64,000 nucleotides of DNA from a virus. The DNA lies in IMG/VR virus record IMGVR_UViG_3300036792_000267, positions 87,378 through 151,377 of that record. One strand, written 5' to 3'. Both the position numbers and the translations under genes were made by a program. The stretch's first letter is position 1. The number at the start of each line of letters is the position of its first letter. A model generated the notes under the pieces. That model did not search any database, had not been told where the DNA came from, and saw only the letters and a program-made list of their open reading frames with translations. Positions 1 to 9,212 of the stretch are shown piece by piece.

Positions 1-129
1 GACCCGCGGTTCGGCAAGGTGGCCGCCGACCCCGACGCCGGCGTGGAGGCCGCGAATGCGAGCGGTTCGTATGAGGCTTTCATGGCCATGATGGGCGGAC
101 CGCCGCCTATGCCGGGCCGCGGGGGGTGA
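1..129 (+). CDS. 3' end of upstream gene (probably tail assembly chaperone), partial
   Basis: Open frame DPRFGKVAAD...GRGG* ending TGA at 127-129; lies just before the tape measure region. Confidence 0.45.
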   Translation, partial: DPRFGKVAADPDAGVEAANASGSYEAFMAMMGGPPPMPGRGG

Positions 130-133
130 GGGC

Positions 134-853
134 GTGGGCGTAGTAGTCAGCATGGTACGTAATTCATCAATGCTGTCCGACGAGTCTTGGCTGCGCGAGC
201 GCTACCTCGTTGACGAACTGTCCACCACCGCCATTGCGGCGCTGGCCAACTGCTCTCAGGCCACGGTGTGCAACCGGCTGGCCGGGTACGGAATCCCGCG
301 GCGTCCCCGAGGTCGCTTTACGCAGAGCCGGATCGACGCTGACGGCCGAGAGTGCACGGCTTGCGGTGACTACAAAGCGTGGAACGAGTACTCGCCTAGC
401 AAGCCGACGCAGCCAGGCGGCCGGTACTCCGTCTGCAAGGTCTGCTGGAACGGCACGCGCGGTGGCGGCCCCGGTAACCGGAATGGCGAGTACCGTGCGT
501 GGGCACTCAAGCGCATGGGCATCACGCAAGCCGAGTACGACTGGCTGCTAGCCCTGCAGAAGGGCGTGTGCGCTCTCCATGGTGGCCCGGAGACTAGGAA
601 GGGTGCGCTGTACCTTTCCGTCGACCACGACCACAACTGCTGTCCGCCGGTAAAGGTCGGGCAGACCCGGTGCTGCAAGAAGTGCATCCGCGGCCTGCTC
701 TGCCACGACTGCAACCACATGGTCGGCCTAGCTGAGAAGCTAGGTCAGGCGTGGCGGTTCCCTGATTACCTGGGCTCGCGCCCCTTCATGGGGAAGGGGG
801 TGGTGCTCATGACGCCTTATTCTGAGCCTCTGAGCCACAGTTGTGGCTTATGA
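134..853 (+). CDS. Endonuclease VII-family (HNH-like) endonuclease with N-terminal HTH and Zn-finger
   Basis: CALHG...LSVDHDHNCC...IRGLLCHDCN EndoVII signature; CxxC pairs; start may be 152 or 170. Confidence 0.8.
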   Translation: MGVVVSMVRNSSMLSDESWLRERYLVDELSTTAIAALANCSQATVCNRLAGYGIPRRPRGRFTQSRIDADGRECTACGDYKAWNEYSPSKPTQPGGRYSVCKVCWNGTRGGGPGNRNGEYRAWALKRMGITQAEYDWLLALQKGVCALHGGPETRKGALYLSVDHDHNCCPPVKVGQTRCCKKCIRGLLCHDCNHMVGLAEKLGQAWRFPDYLGSRPFMGKGVVLMTPYSEPLSHSCGL

Positions 854-935
854 GGGACCAGAATACTGGTTAGATCGCTTTGGTATGTAATTTACAAGGC
901 GATCGGTTTAACATTCAGGTGACTTCGGCGACCTG
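843..935 (+). other. Candidate translational-bypass region: interrupted 5' end of the tape measure gene
   Basis: TGG(867)-TTAGATCGCTT-TGG(881) and GGT(905)-TTAACATTCA-GGT(918). Hopping between matched codons gives MAYEGPEYW-YVIYKAIG-DFGDLMRDAA, in frame with the TMP ORF. Confidence 0.6.
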
Positions 936-3900
936 ATGCGGGACGCGGCGCAGGCTAAGGCCGCGCTGCAGGGGATGGGCGATGCGGCCAAGGCGGAGAC
1001 CGCGGCCGAGGTGGCGGGCGCGACCCAGGCCGCCGCCGCGCGCGGCAAGGGCATCACGTCCATCCAGCAGGAGACGCAGGCCCTTAACCAGCTCGCCAAC
1101 GCCGCCAAGCAGACCAACGTCCAGCTGCTCTACGGCGGCCGGAATGACATGACCCAGCACCTGAGCGACCTGGCTCAGGAGCTGAACTACACCACCTTGC
1201 TCAACCGGCAGAAGTGGCTCGGCTTCTCCTCCGTCCAGCAGGCCATGTCGTACCGCCAGCAGATGTATAACCTGGCGCTGCTGGAGAACAAAGCGCACTT
1301 CGCCGGCTACCTGACCGCGGACCAGTACCTGGGCTTCCTGCAGCGCGAGACCGCCCAGACCGCGGCGCTGTCGGCCGCCATCCGCGACCGCAGCGCGGCC
1401 ATCGGCGCCGAGACCCAGATGCTGCTCGCGCACGCCAACGCGCTGCAGGGCACCCACGCGACGGCAGGCAGCCTGGGCGAGGGCCTGAGCACGGTCAACG
1501 CCTACAACGTGGCGCTGGTCGGGCTGCCGGACACGGTGGTCACCAAGGCCGTCCTTGATGACAGCCAGGCGATGTCGCAGCTGGCTGCCTACCGCGCGGC
1601 GCTGACCTCGCTTCCCAACGCGGAGACCACCGACATCACCTCGGTTGCCACCCGGCTGGGCGGCGTCCCGCTGACGGGCGCGCGCCAGGCGGTGCCGGTC
1701 AGCGTCCGCCCCGAGATCGACTACGCCGCGATCAACAAGATGCTGTCCCAGGCGGTCGCCGGGGCGCACCCGGAGGCGCTGCGCGCGCCGCTGGCCATCA
1801 CCGGGTCGGGAGCGGCGGATTCCGCGCTGTCGGCCACGGCGGATTCCGCGCTGTCGGCCACGGCGGACGACGCCGGCGCGCTGTCGGCGTCCATGTCCGA
1901 GCTGAGCGACAAGGCGGCCATTTCCGCCGAGGCAATCAGCAAGTTCCAGGACTCCCTCGCGCTGGCCGCGGTCGACGCCCGCGCGCTGGAGCAGGGACTC
2001 GGGCGCCTGTCGGCCGCCGAGCAGCTGCTGTCTGAGGTTAACGCCCAGTTCGTGCCGCAGAAAGGCCGCAAGAAGGCGGCGGCTGCCGACCCGGCGCAGA
2101 ACCTCGCTGACCTGTACGGGCTGCAGGACGTCGCCGGCGCGCTGCGCGAGGGCGCGATCTCCGACGCGCCGCGCGGCTACCCGCTGTCCGCCCCGGGCAT
2201 GAAGATCATCCCGCCGACGCAGGCGGGAGAAGAAGACCTGTGGTCGGGGCTGTCCAAGTACATGCAGGGCGGCAAGGCCGCGGGGACTGCCACCGAGAAG
2301 GTTGCCGTCGAGGGCGGCCAGGAGGCCGAGGCGACCCTCGACAAGATCGCCGTCCAGATGGAGTGGCTGGACCATGAGGATGCCAAGCCGAAGCTAGAGC
2401 TGGAAGGCGGCCAGGAGGCGCTAGACGACGCCTACCACCTGGACGGCGTACTCGTCGGCCTGACTTACGAGCGCGCGGAGCCGGAAGTCGCCCTGCAAGG
2501 CGGAGCCGAGGCGCTGGGAGAAGTCACCGCCCTGGACGAGGGGCTGCACGAGATCCCGCACGAGACTGACACCGTCCTGGTGGTCGAGTCCTCCGGGGCC
2601 TCCAGCGAGGTCCGCGATTACAGCCGCGACATTGAGGACATCGAGCGTGAGGTGGGCACTCGCGCCGACTTCGAGGACACCGAGGCGGAGAGCGGGCTGT
2701 CGCGCTGGCTGACCGCCCTGGCTGCGGCGGTCCAGCACAAGTACGACTTCTACGCCAGCTTCAACGACGACGCGGCCAAGGCCGAGCTGGCCGGGTGGAT
2801 CAGCGAGCTTGAGGCGGCACGCGCCGAGGAGAACCGCATCACCGCCGGCATGGGCGGTGCCTCCGGTGGCGGTGGCGGCGGAGGGCCGCCTGTTCCCCCT
2901 GCTGCCGCCGGCGACGCGCCCAACCCGGATGACCGGGCGATGTGGGAGGCCGTCGCCGCCGAGATGGCCAAGGTAGACGCCCTCTTCAAGAACACCGGCC
3001 GTGACGCCGCTGCCGCCGGGGCCGCCGCGTCCAAGGCCGGCCGGGACGGCGCGCAGGCGGTCACCTCGATGGTGCTGCCGCTGACCAACGGCGCGCGCGG
3101 CTGGTTCGGCCTGCTCACCCAGGTCAACCTGTTCGGCGGCCTGCTGCCCGGCATCCTGGGCCACACCACGGCCCTGCACTTCGTCCTTGACGCGATCATC
3201 GAGACGATCGCCATCCTGCTGCCGGCCATCGTCACCATGGCAGCCGGGCTGACCGCGTTCGGCATCGCTGGCTACGACGCCGGCAAGGCGGTCTACGAGC
3301 GCCTGACGGCGATTCACACCGCGGCCGACGCCACCGGCCAGTCCATCCCGCCGCTGACCGGGAACCTGGAGAAGCTGCACGACACGGTGCGCCCGCAGGT
3401 CTGGCAGTTGTATGGCGACGCCATCACCGTCGCGGGGGCGAAGTCCGGGCTCTTCAACCAGCTGGCCATCCAGACCGGGAACGTGGTCGACCGGCTGGCC
3501 GCGCGGCTGACGGTGGACCTGGTGCAGGGTGGCCAGGGGCTGAAGACGTTCCTGTCGGTCGGCGCGGAGAACCTGGCCAAGCTCGGCACCATCTTCGACA
3601 ACCTCGGCAAGGCCCTGATGGCGTTCATCAAGGTCACCGAGGACACCCACATTGACCAGATTTTCCTGGCCATCTTCGTGGCGCTGTCCCAGTTCCTGGT
3701 GCTCATCACCAAGCTGCCCACCCCGTTGCTCGCCGCCGTGGTCGCGCTGCACGCGTTCTGGCTGTGGGGCGGCCTGCTGGCCACCGTGGTCCTGCAGATG
3801 CTCAACCCGCTGCGCTCGCTGGCACTGGCGCTGGGCGCGGTCGACGCCGCCTCAGTGAACGGCGGCCTGGCCAGCCTGACCAAGGACGCGTCGGCCTGGC

Positions 3901-6900
3901 AGCGGCTGAAGGCCGGCCTGACCGACATCGCAGCCGGGTTCGGCGCACTGCCGGCCCGGTTCAGCCTGAGCAGCAAGGCGGCCGGCGAAGCTGAAGTCGC
4001 CTTCGATGACATGGGCAACGCGCTGGTGGCTACTGACGCGGAGATGGCGGCCGGCGCCACGTCCGGCGGCGGCCTGCTCTCGGTGCTCGGGCGGCTCGTC
4101 CCGGCCGGCGGCGCTGCCGCCGGGGCTGCCGCGCTGCTGGGCAGCGCGCTGGCCGCCGCCTACGTCTACCTGGCGCTGCTGCCCGACGCGACCCAGAAGT
4201 GGATCAACTCCCTCAACCAGACGCTGGCTAAGACCACCGCGTTCACTGTGGTCTCCGCGACGGTCGGTGACCTGGCGGCGGTCACCCAGCAACTGGCAAA
4301 GGCCCAGGCCGACGGGACAGGCAACGCCTCTGAGCTGGCCGGGGCGCAGCGCGGCCTGTCCAGTGACCTGTCCAACGAGCTGGGGCACGTCGGGGCGGTG
4401 TCCAAGGCTTACGGCACCGACTTCCTGGGCGCGCTGGAGCTGCTGAACGCGGCCGGGGTGAAGACCTCCGACATCTTCTCCGCCCAGGGCAAGGCCTGGG
4501 AGGCGGACCTGCAGCAGGTCCAGGGCCTGGTGCAGGGCTACAAGGCGATGGGCCAGGGGCTGTCCGCGCTGCAGCAGGACGTCTCGGTCCAGCTGGTGAC
4601 CACCAGCGACCAGGTAACCGCCATGGGCAACCTGAACAAGGCCTGGGACGCCTGGACCAAGACCGTCGGCGGGGCCCCCAGCACGTTCATCGCCCTGGCC
4701 CAGGGCTTCGCCACGTTCAACACGGATGCCGCGGCGGCCGGGGCCGCTATGACCGGGCTGAACGCGCCCAGCCTCACCCTGCAGAGCGACTTCCAGTCCA
4801 ACTACAACAACGTCCAGGCGTTTTTCGACGCGTTCCGCAACGACCAGGCGCTCACCGGGGCGGGCGACTTCACCAAGTTCGTCAAGGACGCGGTAGCCAG
4901 CCTCATCCCGATGGCGGGTGGCTCCAAGGAGGCCGCCGCCCAGATCTCCGCCCTCGCCCAGGAGGCCGGCGGGCCGGCCACGACCAACATCAAGACGCTG
5001 CAGCAGTGGGTCGGCAACATCAAGGACCCGCTGCTGCAGATGTATAAGGCCAGCAATGACGCAGCGATCGGGGCCTCAAGCCTGAGCCAGGACGCGGCCC
5101 GGCTGACCTCCACCCTGCAGCAGCAGCTCAACCCGGCCATGGCATCGGCCATCTTCAACGCCCACGGCGGCCAGGCCGTCTTCAACGCGTTCGCCGACGC
5201 CCTGGCCAAGGGCGGGCCGAGCAGCGGCGCGACCATCACCGCGGCGCACAACGTGGCCCGCGAGCTGCTGGCGGTGTCCGGCTCCAGCGCTAACGCCAAG
5301 GCGAACTTCGTCGGGTTCACCGAGGCGATGGGGCTGAGCGCCAAGCAGGCTAACGCCCTGTGGGCCCAGGTCACCAAGATCCCGGCCAACGCCAGGACCA
5401 CCTACACCCTGGACGCGGAGCAGGCGCTGCAGAAGGCGGAAAAGCTCTCCGCGGAGCTGCCGCACCTGACCGGCCAGAAGAAGCTCCAGGTTGAGGCAGA
5501 GGTCAAGGACCTGCAGTTGCAGGCCATGAACGACAAGCTCAAGGCCGCCAAGGGGGACGTCAGCGACCTCAACAACGCGAGCCTGAGCAAGCTGCGCGGC
5601 CAGCTCGCGTCCACCGCCGGCTCTGCGGCCGACCTCGTCAAGCCCGGCGAAGTCGACACCATCCTCAAGTCGTTCAAGGACGGCACGTTCTACGAGGTCA
5701 CGTTCCTGGCGTGGATTCCGCAGGTCCAGCGCGCCCTGAACGTGGTGAACCACGATGTCGGGCAGTTTTTCGCTCATGACATCCCGGTGGCGTTCGGCGT
5801 CACCAGCCACGCCTTCGAGGCGGCGTGGGACGGGATGGTCAACTGGTTCACCCAGTCGGTGCCGCACGGGCTGGAGACGGCCTGGGGCACCGTGTCGTCG
5901 TTCTTCGACAAGGCGTTCACCCACGACATCCCCGCGGCGTGGGACTCCGCCTGGGGCACCCTGGTCTCCCCGGTCACTCACGCGTTCGATGACGTGAAAA
6001 CCTGGGTCTCCTCCAATTTCGACACCTGGTGGAAGACCCATGGCCAGGGCGTCATGGCCATCTGGGACACCTTGTGGGGGGAGATCTCCGGGGCGGCCAT
6101 CAAGGCGTTCGACCTGGTAGAGACCGGGGCCACCGGCTTCCGGCACGTCCTCACCGCCATCTTCACCAGCGGCCCCGTCAAGCAGGTCTGGTCCGGGTTC
6201 TCCGGTGCAGCCGCCGACACCTGGCATTTCATCGAGTCCCTGGCCACTGCCGCCTGGCAGATGGCGGTCGCCGGCGCGCGGGCCACCTGGAACGAGGTCG
6301 CCGCGCTAGGCAAGGCGGCCTGGGACCTGGTGGTCGCGGCGGCCAGGGCTGCCTGGGACATCATCTGGGCCCTGATCGGCGCCGAGGTCAAGTCCGCGGC
6401 AGCCATCGCGACCGCGTCGTTCAAGGTGCTGTGGGACCAGGTGGTCGCGCTGGCCAAGGTCGGCTGGGACACCATCGTCCTGATCATCAACGAGGTCATT
6501 GACCTCTTCACCGGGCACTGGGCCACGGCGTGGAAGGACCTGCAGGCGTACGGCATCCAGGTGTGGAACGCCGTCAAGACAGCCGGCATCCAGACGTGGA
6601 ACGCGATCTCGACTGCGGCGACCCAGGTGTGGAACGCGATCTGGAACGCCGTCAAGACGGCTGCCACCCAGACCTGGAACGCGTTCAAGACCGGCGGCCA
6701 GCAGGCGTGGTCCGCGATCTGGCACTCGCTGCAGGCCACGTTCATCAACCCGCTGGCGGCTTTCTTCACCTCCACCGTGCCCAAGTGGTGGGACAGCTTC
6801 GCGAACTTCGCGTCCTCTACCTGGACCAAGGTGTGGTCCGGCTTCCAGAAGAACGTCCTGCAGCCGATCGAGGGCTTCTTCACCTCGACACTGCCCAACG

Positions 6901-9212
6901 CCATGTGGAACTCCCTCAAGGGCGGGATTGACCACGTAATCTCCGGGCTGAACACGGTCATCGGCTGGATCAACGCGGTGACTTCGGTCGTGGGCGTGCA
7001 CATCTCCCCGATCTCGATGCTCGCGGCCGGCGGCGTGGCCCCGCAGCGGATGGCGCACGGCAGCGTGCCGGGGACGGGCGACGAGGACGGCACGCACATC
7101 ATCGCGATGGGCGGGGAGTACATCCTGCGCAAGCCCGCCAGGATGGCCCTGCAGGCCGCCTACGGGCCCCAGTTCCTCGATGAGCTGAACCAGGCGGACT
7201 CCTGGCTGGGCTCGGGCTCGCGCGGCAGCACGGCCACCCAGCAGCGCCGTCCGGGCCGGTACGCGTCCGGTGGCATCCCGGTCATCTCCGACATCGGCAA
7301 CTGGCTGGGCGACGCGGGCAGCGCCGTCGCCGGGGCCGCCTCCTCCGTCTGGCACGGCGTCGCCGACGCGGCCGGCGAGGTCGCCAAGTTCGGGGAGAAG
7401 GCCGTCTTCGACGCCATGTGGTCGGTCTCCGGCGCCCCGGCGGAGAAGGCGATGGAGGCGCTGGGCACGCCCGGTGACATGGGCGCGGCGTGGCTGCAGA
7501 CCATCCACAACGGGGTGGAGAACTACGTCACCGCCCAGACCGCCAAGGCGCAGGCGTCCAGCAAGTCGACCGGCTCCATCACCGGCGCCGGGGTGTCCAA
7601 CTCCTCGGCCTACGCGGCCCTGCAGTCGGCGGCGGCCAAGAAGGGCTGGACCGGGGCCCAGTGGGCCGCGCTCAACGACGTGGAGATGGCCGAGGCAGGC
7701 TACAGCCTCACCGCCACCAACCCGAGCAGCGGCGCGTACGGCATGGCCCAGTTTATTAACGGACCGGGAGAGTACGCACAGTACGGCGGTAATTCGACAA
7801 CAGCAGCGGGACAAGCGGTAGCGATGGTAAATTACATCGCACAAAGATACGGAAATCCAGAGAGCGCATGGGCTCATGAGGTCGCGTACCACTGGTATGC
7901 CGCAGGCGGGCCGGTCATCGACGCCATCCGCGCCGTCACCGGCAACGTCAACGAGCAGGAGGCGATGGCCCTCGGCTCGTGGCTGCTGACCAGGATGAAC
8001 CCGGCGGGTACCGCGCCGCACTACAGCGAGTCCGGGGCCTGGCTGATTAACACCGCCAAGAACAAGGCCGTCACCCAGACGCAGGCGCTCAACGCCAACA
8101 ACGCTGCCCGGTACCTCGCGCCGTACTACGCCAAGGCCATCCTCGGGTCCACCCCGGCGTCGTGGAAGGCGACCCCGGCGACCGCCGCACTCAAGGCCGA
8201 CGCCGCCGTGGCCGCCGCTACCGGCACGCACTGGTCCACCCCGTCGGCCGCCACCCTCGCAGCCGGGTGGAACGCCGTGTCGACCGACCTGGGCCCGGCC
8301 GTCAAGCAGGTCACAGCGGCGGCCAGCACCAGTGACACCGCCGCCTACCAGGCTGCTGCCGCGCAGCTGTACCCCGACTGGGAGGGCGCGCTCAACCCCT
8401 GGAAGACGCTGAGCGCGCTCCACCAGCCCAAGGGCGTATCGGCCCCGGACTGGGCGTCGTGGCTGGCCCAGCGCGCCGTCATCGCCAACCGGGTGAGCGT
8501 GGCCGGCAGCTACGTCGCGCCGCTGTTCGATGACCTGAAAGTCAACCCGCAGGAGCTGACCGCGGCCATGTGGTCGCACACCGACTCCAGCGTGCGGCGC
8601 TGGCAGGCGGCGATGGACGTGGCCGGCTGGGCCAAGTCCAAGGAGCCGGCGCTCTACAGCCCGATCCAGTCCAACCTGGCCAAGCTGGAGCCCGAGATCG
8701 TCAAGGCGGGCAACGCGTGGATCAACGTCTGGGGCACCACCCATACCCCGCCGCCGGGCGGAGGAGGCGGGTCCTCCGGCGGCGGAGGCGGAGGCACGAT
8801 CGGCCCCGGCAGCGGCCCTGGTGGCAGCGCCGGGTCTACGGTCATCGACCTCGCCCCGCTCATCACTGGCGGCCCCAAGGTGGCCAACGCCGGGGATTAC
8901 GGCTTCAACATTGCCGCGGGCGGCGGTGTCCCCGGCAATGTCGCGGCGATGTTCTCCGGCGGCATGGCCATGGCGGCTGGCGGGGTGGTGCCCAACCTGT
9001 TCGTGCCGGGCCTGTCGGCCAACCTTTCGCGGCAGCTCACCGCCGCCACCTCCGGCCAGTTGCCGCGCACCCTGTCGGATGCGGCCGGCAACCGGGTGGG
9101 CCTGCAGGTCGAGAACCTGACGATTTCCAATCCTGTTGCCGAAAAGCCGTCTGACTCCATCACCAGAGCCAGCAACAGGCTGGCATTCCTTGGCGGGAGG
9201 GGGATGGTCTGA
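936..9212 (+). CDS. Tape measure protein with C-terminal lytic transglycosylase-like domain (true start probably upstream, ~843 or 809)
   Basis: 2758 aa, Ala-rich, W-periodic helical repeats (WNAVKTAGIQTWNAISTAATQVWNA), AAGG motifs, SLT-like NPSSGAYGMAQF...YIAQRYG; precedes tail genes. Confidence 0.92.
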   Translation: MRDAAQAKAALQGMGDAAKAETAAEVAGATQAAAARGKGITSIQQETQALNQLANAAKQTNVQLLYGGRNDMTQHLSDLAQELNYTTLLNRQKWLGFSSVQQAMSYRQQMYNLALLENKAHFAGYLTADQYLGFLQRETAQTAALSAAIRDRSAAIGAETQMLLAHANALQGTHATAGSLGEGLSTVNAYNVALVGLPDTVVTKAVLDDSQAMSQLAAYRAALTSLPNAETTDITSVATRLGGVPLTGARQAVPVSVRPEIDYAAINKMLSQAVAGAHPEALRAPLAITGSGAADSALSATADSALSATADDAGALSASMSELSDKAAISAEAISKFQDSLALAAVDARALEQGLGRLSAAEQLLSEVNAQFVPQKGRKKAAAADPAQNLADLYGLQDVAGALREGAISDAPRGYPLSAPGMKIIPPTQAGEEDLWSGLSKYMQGGKAAGTATEKVAVEGGQEAEATLDKIAVQMEWLDHEDAKPKLELEGGQEALDDAYHLDGVLVGLTYERAEPEVALQGGAEALGEVTALDEGLHEIPHETDTVLVVESSGASSEVRDYSRDIEDIEREVGTRADFEDTEAESGLSRWLTALAAAVQHKYDFYASFNDDAAKAELAGWISELEAARAEENRITAGMGGASGGGGGGGPPVPPAAAGDAPNPDDRAMWEAVAAEMAKVDALFKNTGRDAAAAGAAASKAGRDGAQAVTSMVLPLTNGARGWFGLLTQVNLFGGLLPGILGHTTALHFVLDAIIETIAILLPAIVTMAAGLTAFGIAGYDAGKAVYERLTAIHTAADATGQSIPPLTGNLEKLHDTVRPQVWQLYGDAITVAGAKSGLFNQLAIQTGNVVDRLAARLTVDLVQGGQGLKTFLSVGAENLAKLGTIFDNLGKALMAFIKVTEDTHIDQIFLAIFVALSQFLVLITKLPTPLLAAVVALHAFWLWGGLLATVVLQMLNPLRSLALALGAVDAASVNGGLASLTKDASAWQRLKAGLTDIAAGFGALPARFSLSSKAAGEAEVAFDDMGNALVATDAEMAAGATSGGGLLSVLGRLVPAGGAAAGAAALLGSALAAAYVYLALLPDATQKWINSLNQTLAKTTAFTVVSATVGDLAAVTQQLAKAQADGTGNASELAGAQRGLSSDLSNELGHVGAVSKAYGTDFLGALELLNAAGVKTSDIFSAQGKAWEADLQQVQGLVQGYKAMGQGLSALQQDVSVQLVTTSDQVTAMGNLNKAWDAWTKTVGGAPSTFIALAQGFATFNTDAAAAGAAMTGLNAPSLTLQSDFQSNYNNVQAFFDAFRNDQALTGAGDFTKFVKDAVASLIPMAGGSKEAAAQISALAQEAGGPATTNIKTLQQWVGNIKDPLLQMYKASNDAAIGASSLSQDAARLTSTLQQQLNPAMASAIFNAHGGQAVFNAFADALAKGGPSSGATITAAHNVARELLAVSGSSANAKANFVGFTEAMGLSAKQANALWAQVTKIPANARTTYTLDAEQALQKAEKLSAELPHLTGQKKLQVEAEVKDLQLQAMNDKLKAAKGDVSDLNNASLSKLRGQLASTAGSAADLVKPGEVDTILKSFKDGTFYEVTFLAWIPQVQRALNVVNHDVGQFFAHDIPVAFGVTSHAFEAAWDGMVNWFTQSVPHGLETAWGTVSSFFDKAFTHDIPAAWDSAWGTLVSPVTHAFDDVKTWVSSNFDTWWKTHGQGVMAIWDTLWGEISGAAIKAFDLVETGATGFRHVLTAIFTSGPVKQVWSGFSGAAADTWHFIESLATAAWQMAVAGARATWNEVAALGKAAWDLVVAAARAAWDIIWALIGAEVKSAAAIATASFKVLWDQVVALAKVGWDTIVLIINEVIDLFTGHWATAWKDLQAYGIQVWNAVKTAGIQTWNAISTAATQVWNAIWNAVKTAATQTWNAFKTGGQQAWSAIWHSLQATFINPLAAFFTSTVPKWWDSFANFASSTWTKVWSGFQKNVLQPIEGFFTSTLPNAMWNSLKGGIDHVISGLNTVIGWINAVTSVVGVHISPISMLAAGGVAPQRMAHGSVPGTGDEDGTHIIAMGGEYILRKPARMALQAAYGPQFLDELNQADSWLGSGSRGSTATQQRRPGRYASGGIPVISDIGNWLGDAGSAVAGAASSVWHGVADAAGEVAKFGEKAVFDAMWSVSGAPAEKAMEALGTPGDMGAAWLQTIHNGVENYVTAQTAKAQASSKSTGSITGAGVSNSSAYAALQSAAAKKGWTGAQWAALNDVEMAEAGYSLTATNPSSGAYGMAQFINGPGEYAQYGGNSTTAAGQAVAMVNYIAQRYGNPESAWAHEVAYHWYAAGGPVIDAIRAVTGNVNEQEAMALGSWLLTRMNPAGTAPHYSESGAWLINTAKNKAVTQTQALNANNAARYLAPYYAKAILGSTPASWKATPATAALKADAAVAAATGTHWSTPSAATLAAGWNAVSTDLGPAVKQVTAAASTSDTAAYQAAAAQLYPDWEGALNPWKTLSALHQPKGVSAPDWASWLAQRAVIANRVSVAGSYVAPLFDDLKVNPQELTAAMWSHTDSSVRRWQAAMDVAGWAKSKEPALYSPIQSNLAKLEPEIVKAGNAWINVWGTTHTPPPGGGGGSSGGGGGGTIGPGSGPGGSAGSTVIDLAPLITGGPKVANAGDYGFNIAAGGGVPGNVAAMFSGGMAMAAGGVVPNLFVPGLSANLSRQLTAATSGQLPRTLSDAAGNRVGLQVENLTISNPVAEKPSDSITRASNRLAFLGGRGMV
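1813..1867 (+). repeat. 24-bp in-frame tandem repeat in TMP (ADSALSAT x2)
   Basis: CGGCGGATTCCGCGCTGTCGGCCA at 1813 and 1837, plus a partial third copy. Confidence 0.85.

Noticed and set aside
7750-7880. Diversity-generating retroelement template or variable repeat
   Set aside because: No second copy and no reverse transcriptase seen in the window
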